Positions 1-7,270 of a stretch of 20,335 bases of DNA are shown piece after piece. Numbering within the stretch: position 1 is the first letter of the stretch; each line of letters begins with the position of its first letter. Both the position numbers and the translations under genes were made by a program. The notes under the pieces are model-generated. The model did not search any database, was not told the DNA's origin, and saw only the letters and a program-made list of their open reading frames with translations. The stretch is from Candidatus Thorarchaeota archaeon SMTZ1-45 (GTDB lineage: Archaea; Asgardarchaeota; Thorarchaeia; Thorarchaeales; Thorarchaeaceae), in the NCBI GenBank assembly GCA_001563335.1, contig LRSL01000049.1, positions 1 through 20,335 on the forward strand. The letters run 5' to 3'.

Positions 1-200
1 ATGCTTTATCCAAAAAAATAACCAGACTGACATCAGGAAACTACAGATTGGTTCCTGTGCTTGTCACTTGGCTTGTTGAAGACGTAGAACTTCACGAGGG
101 GGTGCCAGTTGTTCCTATCTTCAAACTGAACTCATTCATTTTAGATTTTGACCAATATGAGGACCTGATTGTATCCTATTTGGGCAGTTGTAATATTTAA
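1..200 (+). CDS. 3' end of a gene entering from the left; possibly an archaeal restriction-endonuclease-like (PD-(D/E)XK/NERD-type) protein
   Basis: Frame 3 is open from the window edge: ALSKKITRLTSGNYRLVPVLVTWLVEDVELHEGVPVVPIFKLNSFILDFDQYEDLIVSYLGSCNI, stop TAA at 198-200. The 'PVLVT...EGVPVVPIFKLNSF' segment recalls C-termini of archaeal endonuclease-like proteins (recollection, not searched). It shares TTAA (197-200) with the stop of the convergent gene. Confidence 0.55.
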   Translation, partial: ALSKKITRLTSGNYRLVPVLVTWLVEDVELHEGVPVVPIFKLNSFILDFDQYEDLIVSYLGSCNI

Positions 201-1225
201 TCATACAAGTACAAAGCATTTGTAACGGTATCCATTAATACTTCATCTATTTCAAGCTGTGATATGTCGTGTGAATCCACAATAGCTGGGTATGTGAGTA
301 GATTTGCTCTTGTTGCTTTTGATAATGACTTAACACGATCTTCAGGGCTCGAGGCGGGTATTGATTCAAATTCTATTGCCGACCTTTCAAGTTCCTCTAT
401 CATGAGCCGAAGAGATTTGCTAGATGTCGCTCTTGGATTGAGAGATTCTGTACCTGCACTGCATGATGGACCACTCCCTTCAAAATTGCCATGAGCCACA
501 ATGAGAATCCGTTTAGTGTCTTTACTTGACGTCAACCATTTCTCAAAGAATCGGTTTAATTGTTTGGTTTCATCATCATGTTGACTGTATTTAGATATGT
601 AGCCTGCTAAAGTTTGAATAGCCATTGGGACTCCTCTTTTTGTACATGGGGGACGAACTCTAGAGTCTGAACAGATAACAACAAGAAGTGAATCATCTAA
701 TGGGTCAGGTTTTCGGACCCAATGTAAAATTCGATTCTCGTATTCATAATCGCGTCCTTTGCCATGAACAATTAGCTTTACTCTTAGATTATCATAATTC
801 ACTTGAAAAGCAATAATTGGCATCGATTGCAATTCTGGGTGAAGTTTGATGTTTTCTAGCGTTTCTCTGATGACTTCTAAAGACTCATCGATATCAAATG
901 TTACAATTACTCCTTTTTTGCTGGGGAATCTGCTATAGAATGAAGCTGGACCTGTGAAAAGGGCGGGAGTTAAATCAGGTGGAAGTATTGCAAATCCTGG
1001 AACTCTTGTTGCATGCAGTGCATCGCCCTGATTCATGCTTAGTAGTTGCAGATCTTGACCGCTTCTGGTTATGGGAGAAATCAGTAGAAAACGTGGAAAC
1101 TGTCCTTGTGCTGCTAGTTCCATGCGTGCTATAAATAAAGCATCTTTCTTACGTTCATTCAAATGTTCCGCTGATATTTCCATCAGCTTATTGATCATAA
1201 TGAGTTTCTCCAAATTGTCCCTCAA
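197..1225 (-). CDS. Beta-class carbonic anhydrase-like protein with two tandem beta-CA folds (N-terminal one degenerate)
   Basis: The C-terminal half has VVICSDSRV (CxDxR) and a later His...Cys pair (AHGNFEGSGPSC). The N-terminal half has AAQGQFPRFLLIS, GDALHATRVPG and IRETLENIKLHP, which match beta-CA framework segments but lack Zn ligands. The start is uncertain (TTG at 1225 or a downstream ATG). Confidence 0.65.
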   Translation of the reverse strand: MRDNLEKLIMINKLMEISAEHLNERKKDALFIARMELAAQGQFPRFLLISPITRSGQDLQLLSMNQGDALHATRVPGFAILPPDLTPALFTGPASFYSRFPSKKGVIVTFDIDESLEVIRETLENIKLHPELQSMPIIAFQVNYDNLRVKLIVHGKGRDYEYENRILHWVRKPDPLDDSLLVVICSDSRVRPPCTKRGVPMAIQTLAGYISKYSQHDDETKQLNRFFEKWLTSSKDTKRILIVAHGNFEGSGPSCSAGTESLNPRATSSKSLRLMIEELERSAIEFESIPASSPEDRVKSLSKATRANLLTYPAIVDSHDISQLEIDEVLMDTVTNALYLYD

Positions 1226-1288
1226 GTAAGGTATCCCCCGAAGGTATATGGGTTTGCCTAAGTAGAAGTATAGATTTGTGGATAGTCC

Positions 1289-1294
1289 TTTTAA
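1289..1294 (+). promoter_or_regulatory. Candidate archaeal TATA box for the ATP-grasp ligase gene
   Basis: TTTTAA lies about 35-45 nt upstream of the candidate starts (GTG 1329, ATG 1332, ATG 1338). Confidence 0.35.
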
Positions 1295-1328
1295 CGGAGT
1301 TTCAAATCTGAAGGGTTAGTTATTCAAG

Positions 1329-2234
1329 GTGATGTCCATGTCTAGCCGCAAATTCGGAGTGGTCTACCACGAGAATGTGAATAATTGGGCTACCAAATCG
1401 CTCATAGAAGCCATGGAAAAAAAAGGACACGTCGCAAAACCATTTAGACTACCAGATGTGTCTGCACGGATTCCAAGCAAATTCACACACCTAGAAGATG
1501 AGGATATTTCAGACATCGATGGAGTGTTGGTTAGAACAATAGGCTTTGGCACTGGAGACCAAATAACATTCAGAATAAGTTTGTTAGAGCATCTTGAGGA
1601 TGCGGGAATCTATGTGATGAACCCTGCTTATTCCTTTAGGAGAGCGAAGGACAAGTATGCAACGTTGACGGCATTACATAAAGAGGGAATCAGAGTCCCA
1701 AGAACTTACATTGGAGAAAACCTTGAAGCTGCAATCGATTTCGTTGATAAAGTGGGAGATGTTATAGTTAAACCTCTGATAGGTGCGCGAGGGATGGGTG
1801 CTATTAGAGCTGAACATCGTGAACTCACATATCGAGCAATGAAGTTCATTCATCAATTAGGTCAAGTACTCTATGTTCAGGAGGTGATCGAGAAACCGAA
1901 TCGAGATATCCGCGCCTTTGTAATTGGAGGAACGATGATTGGTGCAATGTATCGGTATATTCCAGATGGTATTGAAGGCGAGTGGCGTACAAATGTCCAT
2001 GGAGGTGGGAAAGCTGAACTGACAAAGTTAGCACCGGAGTATGAAGAGTGTGCCATCAGAACTGCAGAAATTTTGAAACTGGATTATACTGGAATTGATA
2101 TCATAGAGTCTCCAGAAGGTCCATGTATCATCGAGGCAAATGCAGCCCCATCATGGAGTGCTCTATCCCGAGTAACAGGAATCGATGTAGCTTCTTTAAT
2201 TGTTGATAGATTAGTTGATCAATCAAGCCGGTAG
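1329..2234 (+). CDS. RimK-family ATP-grasp alpha-L-glutamate ligase, most like MptN/Orf5-type (tetrahydromethanopterin glutamate ligase)
   Basis: ATP-grasp motifs AKDKYAT, IVKPLIGARGMG, YVQEVI, DIRAFVIGG, WRTNVHGGG, GIDII and IEANAAPSW. The segment GTGDQITFRISLLEHLE resembles the MptN/Orf5 subfamily. The substrate is inferred. Confidence 0.8.
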   Translation: MMSMSSRKFGVVYHENVNNWATKSLIEAMEKKGHVAKPFRLPDVSARIPSKFTHLEDEDISDIDGVLVRTIGFGTGDQITFRISLLEHLEDAGIYVMNPAYSFRRAKDKYATLTALHKEGIRVPRTYIGENLEAAIDFVDKVGDVIVKPLIGARGMGAIRAEHRELTYRAMKFIHQLGQVLYVQEVIEKPNRDIRAFVIGGTMIGAMYRYIPDGIEGEWRTNVHGGGKAELTKLAPEYEECAIRTAEILKLDYTGIDIIESPEGPCIIEANAAPSWSALSRVTGIDVASLIVDRLVDQSSR

Positions 2235-2963
2235 TCTTGCTTTCAAAATCGCTTCAACTTCATCTTGGTCTAGGATTGTGAAGATTTTATCTTTGGTATC
2301 AATCCTACCAATCTCAAGAGTCTTTGCTTTCTCTTTAGGCTCTACATCTGCTTTATCAGTTGCCTTTAAGAGGCCTTCAATCGCCAGGTCAAGTGCTCCA
2401 TCGAGATTAATCGAGTCCTTGTATTTTTCACTAAAGAAATCACGCACCACATCAGCCTCCTTACCAATTGCTGCAGCTTTCCAACCCCAGAAAGATCCAG
2501 AAGGATCAGTTGTATATAACTGTGGACCATGATCGTCAATACCAGCAACAAGCAGAGACACTCCATAGGGCCGCACACCACCATATTGTGTGTGCATTTG
2601 TTTTGTGTCACAGATATTGACAACTAGAGAGGATATCGAGATTGGTTCATCATAACTAAGTCGATTAATTTGTGCTTGAACACGTGCTTGATCAATCAGC
2701 TTTCGTGCATCAGCATGCAAACCCGCAATTGCTGTTCCCACATGGTCATCGATAAGCAGAATTTTCCTAAGTGAATCAAGATCGGCCATAGGATGAGGAG
2801 ACCGTTTCTCTCCTACAAGTACAACACCATTTGTTGCCTTGACTCCTACTGCAAGCGGTCCATGACGTACTGCTTCAGTAGCATATTCTACTTGATACAA
2901 TCGACCTTCAGGGCTGAAGACTGTAATTGCTCTGTCATAGCCCATTGACTGTGTGGGAAACAT
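2223..2963 (-). CDS. psmA: 20S proteasome subunit alpha
   Basis: N-terminal signature GYDRAITVFSPEGRLYQVEYA, plus GLHADARKL, TQYGGVRPYGVSLLVAG and TDPSG..W.A.AIG. A GGAGTG RBS lies upstream. The 3' end overlaps the convergent ligase gene by 12 nt. Confidence 0.97.
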   Translation of the reverse strand: MFPTQSMGYDRAITVFSPEGRLYQVEYATEAVRHGPLAVGVKATNGVVLVGEKRSPHPMADLDSLRKILLIDDHVGTAIAGLHADARKLIDQARVQAQINRLSYDEPISISSLVVNICDTKQMHTQYGGVRPYGVSLLVAGIDDHGPQLYTTDPSGSFWGWKAAAIGKEADVVRDFFSEKYKDSINLDGALDLAIEGLLKATDKADVEPKEKAKTLEIGRIDTKDKIFTILDQDEVEAILKARLPA

Positions 2964-2974
2964 GTTTTGAACAA

Positions 2975-3041
2975 CACTCCAGTATTTTCTGACCTAGCAT
3001 CTGGTGTGGTCAAATCAACGTCATTCCTAGGGCGTTTAAAA
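2975..3041 (-). promoter_or_regulatory. psmA upstream region: TATA-like TTTTAAAC (3041-3034) and RBS GGAGTG (2980-2975)
   Basis: Both motifs read directly on the minus strand. Their spacing fits a leadered transcript with a promoter separate from nrdG. Confidence 0.45.
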
Positions 3042-3072
3042 GGTTGTCTGTGTGTTCGCGAGAGGTTTTATC

Positions 3073-3768
3073 CTATCGCCATTCAAATCGTAGACTAATT
3101 GAGTCTGGTATTTGACTTGTGAGAGATTTGACTTCATCCAAATTAGGTTCGGTGAAATTCTTCACATCTGCCGCGCGAGTTCCTGCGGATTTTACAAAGT
3201 TCTGAATTGTGTATTCCCCGGAAAATCCAAGGTTTGAAAGAAGTTCTGAGATTCTGATTATTTCATTTGGTTTTATTAGTCCACCAACATATGTTGTTCT
3301 TGGCCAGAATGCGACATTCGAATCTAGAATCATCTTGATACTCTGCTCTACACGAGGCCAAGGATTGTTCGAAACTCTTGTCACATCACAATAACGTTCT
3401 GGGATTGTTTTGATATCAAACCAAACAGAATCTAGGTATGGAATTGACTTCTGAAGCACATCAGGGACAGTTCCCTGTGTATTGAGATTCACATGTTTGG
3501 TTGCTTCAAATCGTAGTTTCCTCAACAAATCTGGAAGGTCTTTTTGGATTGTTGGCTCACCTCCAGTGATACAGTATCCATCAGTTAGGTTTCCGCGAAG
3601 TTTCAGCACAAGATCATCAATCGTAATCTTTTCACCAGATGTGAGAGGAATAATTTCAGCATTCTGACAATAGGGGCAATCTAAGTTACATCCTGCAGTG
3701 AAAAGTACAGTAACTGGGATACCAGGTACGTCAACAAGACTGATATCTATAATTGATGCGACGCGCAT
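3073..3768 (-). CDS. nrdG: Anaerobic ribonucleoside-triphosphate reductase activating protein (glycyl-radical activase, radical SAM)
   Basis: SLVDVPG...LFTAGCNLDCPYCQN (CxxxCxxC), ITGGEPTIQ, LNTQG, FDIK, RTT and YTIQNF follow the archaeal NrdG-type pattern. Confidence 0.8.
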   Translation of the reverse strand: MRVASIIDISLVDVPGIPVTVLFTAGCNLDCPYCQNAEIIPLTSGEKITIDDLVLKLRGNLTDGYCITGGEPTIQKDLPDLLRKLRFEATKHVNLNTQGTVPDVLQKSIPYLDSVWFDIKTIPERYCDVTRVSNNPWPRVEQSIKMILDSNVAFWPRTTYVGGLIKPNEIIRISELLSNLGFSGEYTIQNFVKSAGTRAADVKNFTEPNLDEVKSLTSQIPDSISLRFEWR

Positions 3769-3900
3769 TTTGATTTCAAATCCAACTTACAATAAGTCTG
3801 TCGATGTAATATGTTCAACCCTTTCCGATGCGAAGAGGGTTACTAGACACTTGGATGCATATTATTAGAATTCTTATTAGAAATATCCCCTCCCAAATAT

Positions 3901-4194
3901 GTGGGGACCGTGCATATGACCGTAGAAAATAGGTGCATATCTCGAGACGACATTCTTCAGAGCACTCTGTTTCACATTCAAATAAAGCAATGTCAATATA
4001 TCGACAATTTCCCAGAAGCAGTCACAAGAGTCATTGATAATGCAGTTGGAAAGAAGAAACTAAGGAAATACAGTGAGATAAAAAACAAGCTCTATCGCAT
4101 AAAGACCAATTTCTTTACCATTAACAAAGGGAAGGTAAGGAAGAAAGATTTCTTTGAAGGGCTATACGAACGTATTGAGAATCGAACTCGATAG
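3901..4194 (+). CDS. Small basic hypothetical protein (92-97 aa)
   Basis: It is the only ORF filling the gap of about 430 nt between nrdG and the kinase. It is Lys-rich, has an AT-rich upstream region and ends 12 nt from the convergent kinase stop. No recognisable motif. An alternative ATG start lies at 3916. Confidence 0.45.
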   Translation: MGTVHMTVENRCISRDDILQSTLFHIQIKQCQYIDNFPEAVTRVIDNAVGKKKLRKYSEIKNKLYRIKTNFFTINKGKVRKKDFFEGLYERIENRTR

Positions 4195-4206
4195 TAAATG
4201 GATTTG

Positions 4207-5706
4207 CTATTTCTTGTTCCTAGGTTCAGCTTTCCTTAACGTGACGATAAACTTTGAACCAAGAGCTGGTTTACCAATTACCCTATCTTGAACCTCAATC
4301 GAACCACCATATTTCCGTATCATCTGGGTTACAAGAGTGATTCCTACCCCGCCGCCATGCTTTCGTTCAGTGAAGAGATTCTTCTTCCGTAAATCACTAA
4401 GACCTGGTCCATCATCAGCGATAACTATAGTACATGTATCCGCATTTGTTTCGCAAGAAACCCAAACTTGTTTAGCTTCTTTGGGGTTATGACGTACTGC
4501 GTTCTCTAGGAGATTCCAAATCATCTCGCCCAGTAGGACATCAGCTTCAACAAGGAGATACTTTTTCAATCCTTGAACATGCACTTTTGCACCATAAACT
4601 CGTTCTAGGACTTTGATCTTTTCCTTCAACACAGGGATTGCATCGATGCGAGATAACGGAATGTACCGAATTTGTGCTGCACGTTTCACTTTCGTAATGA
4701 GTCTATTGCAGCGTTCAACAGCATCCAAAATATCAGTTCTTGCATCATCAATGTAAGATGAAGGAACTTCTTCCTCAAGAAGACCAGTACTTGTCATTAT
4801 CACTTGGAGCTGATTAGCGATATCATGACTCAACAAATCCAGATAGAACTGGACTGTCGCCTCAGCCTCTTTCTGAGATGAGATTTCAGTGATGACAGCA
4901 AAAGTACCAATGAAGTTGCCTTTACGGTCGATGTAAGGAGTAGCAGAAATAATAGTAGGAATGTCCTCTCCTGTCTTGCTGATCCAAGTCAATTCATAGC
5001 TAGATGACACACCAGACTTGCGTTCAGCCACCTTTGACTTGAATTCCTTCATTCCCATATCCTTTGTAAAGTCAATCCATTTCTTGCCAACTATTTCATC
5101 AGAATTGTAGCCTAGCATGCGACAAAACGCTTCATTGGCATATACTAAGTTACCTGATTCATTATCAATCGCAAGTCCATCATTCATAGTTTCAACTAGC
5201 AGCTTATACCTAGTTTCTGTTTCTTCAAGTGCATCTCTACTCTCGAGAATCTTCGTGATATCAATTACGTGAGCTAATGTTTTTGTTTTTCCATCGCTTG
5301 TCTGTACAATTTCTACTCGCCCCTCAAGAGTAATTTCAGTACCATCTTTTCTTAAAATCTGAAATGAATAAATATCAGGAACACGCTCCCCCTTTCTTCT
5401 CCTCTCATATCTCTCTGCTACAACCTTAGCAATATCATCCTTCAGGAACTGACGAAAATCATTTCCAATCAAGTCTTCTTTTTCTCCACCAAAAATCTTG
5501 GCACCAGTTTTGTTGATATACTCTAGAATATAATCATCCCCGATGATTGCAATGCCCTCATGAGCGTTATCCAAAACAGCTCTCAAAAAAAGACTATCAG
5601 ACGAAGGATCAAAGAGCGGCTTTCCTTTAAGTGACTTAACGGACTTGCTTTTTCGAGACCGCTTTCCTCCGCCCTGTGGCATGGCTAAACAGACCCCATA
5701 CTTCAT
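4207..5706 (-). CDS. Soluble PAS-PAS sensor histidine kinase
   Basis: Two PAS/PAC repeats (LDNAHEGIAII...YIN; VETMNDGLAI...YANEAFCRMLGY), H-box LSHDIANQLQVI, N-box NLLENAVRHN, G1 IADDGPG and G2 GGGVGI. No transmembrane segment. The true start may be ATG 5682 (MPQGG). Confidence 0.92.
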   Translation of the reverse strand: MKYGVCLAMPQGGGKRSRKSKSVKSLKGKPLFDPSSDSLFLRAVLDNAHEGIAIIGDDYILEYINKTGAKIFGGEKEDLIGNDFRQFLKDDIAKVVAERYERRRKGERVPDIYSFQILRKDGTEITLEGRVEIVQTSDGKTKTLAHVIDITKILESRDALEETETRYKLLVETMNDGLAIDNESGNLVYANEAFCRMLGYNSDEIVGKKWIDFTKDMGMKEFKSKVAERKSGVSSSYELTWISKTGEDIPTIISATPYIDRKGNFIGTFAVITEISSQKEAEATVQFYLDLLSHDIANQLQVIMTSTGLLEEEVPSSYIDDARTDILDAVERCNRLITKVKRAAQIRYIPLSRIDAIPVLKEKIKVLERVYGAKVHVQGLKKYLLVEADVLLGEMIWNLLENAVRHNPKEAKQVWVSCETNADTCTIVIADDGPGLSDLRKKNLFTERKHGGGVGITLVTQMIRKYGGSIEVQDRVIGKPALGSKFIVTLRKAEPRNKK

Positions 5707-5806
5707 TATTTGATACGCTGATAATATCAGATTCTATTACTACAAAAGCTGTTACTAACCAAAACAACCTTCTCACATTTTATTCTTTCCTAGTTTCTCA
5801 TCATCA

Positions 5807-7165
5807 TCATTGATTAAACTTCTTCCAGAACTTGGCTCCAGATTTTTGCCGCCCATATCCTACAATATCATCCATTCTAACAATCAACCGGTTAAGCCAA
5901 GGAGCATATTGTACTAACCAAAGTATCGCTTTATGAAAAAGACCATCCTTCTTATTGTAAGGACATGATCTAATACAATTAGAGCACTCTGAACCATTAT
6001 CAACCCAGAATCCATAACAACGTTCCACATTGATATACCATTTTTTGATGCCAGGATTATTCGAAGGGGAATTTCCACTCCAAGTCTGTTCTTTACCATA
6101 GGGTATCGATTGCGAGGGACATGTTGTGGCACATTTCTTGCATGTTTCACAGAATCGTACCACTGCCTTACAGAAATTCTCATCTGGATAATCTCGTAAA
6201 AGTGGCATATCCGTTAGTACTTTTGCAATCCGAACTCGTGGACCGTATTGTTTGGTGATAAGAATTCCATGCCTACCGTACTGACCAAGACCCGCATCAA
6301 TAGCTTGAGGAACACTTAAGGAAACATTGTTACCACAGCTCATAGCGTTGTAACCAAGTCTTTGTATGAAAGCAGCGAGTTCGACTTCAACGAATGCCAT
6401 GATTGAATATCCAAGAGCTGTAGCAGCAGAGCTTGTAAAGGATGGTGATGTTGCTATGGCATCATAGTCCATTTCTATTGCCATAACGATAACATATTGC
6501 ATCGTTTCAGGAATATCATAAGATTCTCCTCGTCGATTCTCAGAGTAGAGCCATTTTCGATTTAGAGGAGCAATCCCAACAAGCTCGGCCCCAAAGAATC
6601 TCGCAGCTCTCTTTACCATCTGAGTCAATGTATTAGAATCAGATGTTCTTTTCACACCAATCTCGGTCGCATTAGGATCAAGCCCTATCCCTGGTCTTTG
6701 TATTGATTGTCTTGAATCATATAGTTTCCAAGCAGCCACACAAAGTTCGTGTTCAAAACGACCATAACCAGGAAGATCCTTTGAAATCATCAATTCAGCA
6801 CCAGAGAACTCTGTCTTATGATAGAATTGAAAGCTAGGATCATATTGTACTCTAGCAAAGATTGTCTTTGCTTCCGACATTTGATGGAGTGTGTCAGAAA
6901 CATCATAGGGACAATACTCTGTTGTTTTGTTGACGCCGATTTCCGAAAGTTGTGCGCTCTTATGCGGCATCTGATTTATGACTATCGCTCCTAATGGACA
7001 ATCTCGAACACATGCAAGACATCTAGTGCATTTTTCAAGATTGATTATTGGATACCTATTCTCTTGAATGCTTAATGGTGAATCGTCGCCATGAATCTGT
7101 TGGCATGCACCAAGACATTCGATAGTGCATTTTGATGAGTCGCATAGGTCTGTCTTTACATACAT
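5807..7165 (-). CDS. rdhA: Reductive dehalogenase (RdhA-family cobalamin/Fe-S enzyme) with an N-terminal RLI-like ferredoxin domain; no TAT signal
   Basis: ARFFGAELVGIA, ALGYS, AIDAGLGQYGRHGILITKQYGPRVRIAKVLTDMPL, Fe-S motifs CETCKKCATTCP and C-x10-CSNCIRSCP, and C-terminal MDDIVGYG..FW. The N-terminus has C-x4-C-x3-C-x3-C...CTRCLACVRDCP. Confidence 0.85.
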   Translation of the reverse strand: MYVKTDLCDSSKCTIECLGACQQIHGDDSPLSIQENRYPIINLEKCTRCLACVRDCPLGAIVINQMPHKSAQLSEIGVNKTTEYCPYDVSDTLHQMSEAKTIFARVQYDPSFQFYHKTEFSGAELMISKDLPGYGRFEHELCVAAWKLYDSRQSIQRPGIGLDPNATEIGVKRTSDSNTLTQMVKRAARFFGAELVGIAPLNRKWLYSENRRGESYDIPETMQYVIVMAIEMDYDAIATSPSFTSSAATALGYSIMAFVEVELAAFIQRLGYNAMSCGNNVSLSVPQAIDAGLGQYGRHGILITKQYGPRVRIAKVLTDMPLLRDYPDENFCKAVVRFCETCKKCATTCPSQSIPYGKEQTWSGNSPSNNPGIKKWYINVERCYGFWVDNGSECSNCIRSCPYNKKDGLFHKAILWLVQYAPWLNRLIVRMDDIVGYGRQKSGAKFWKKFNQ

Positions 7166-7270
7166 TAGGAATTCTCCAAGGGTCTGAGCAATGTCTACAA
7201 ATCATCTAATACATTCTTCTATAGGAGAAGAGTAAAGAACATCAAATTACACACTCAAGGATATACAGGA

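Noticed and set aside
197-2234. Overlapping 3' ends of convergent genes (4 nt at 197-200; 12 nt at 2223-2234) as antisense regulation
   Set aside because: Short convergent overlaps are common in compact archaeal genomes.
3817-3841. Hairpin containing GAA as an archaeal SECIS element
   Set aside because: No neighbouring gene shows an in-frame TGA at a catalytic Cys position, and the stem does not clearly match the SECIS consensus.
5807-7165. Epoxyqueuosine reductase (QueG) as an alternative call
   Set aside because: QueG shares the fold, but the GA.LVGI, GLGQYGRHG.LIT..YGPRVR and C-terminal DD..GYG motifs fit RdhA better, and archaea are not known to make queuosine.
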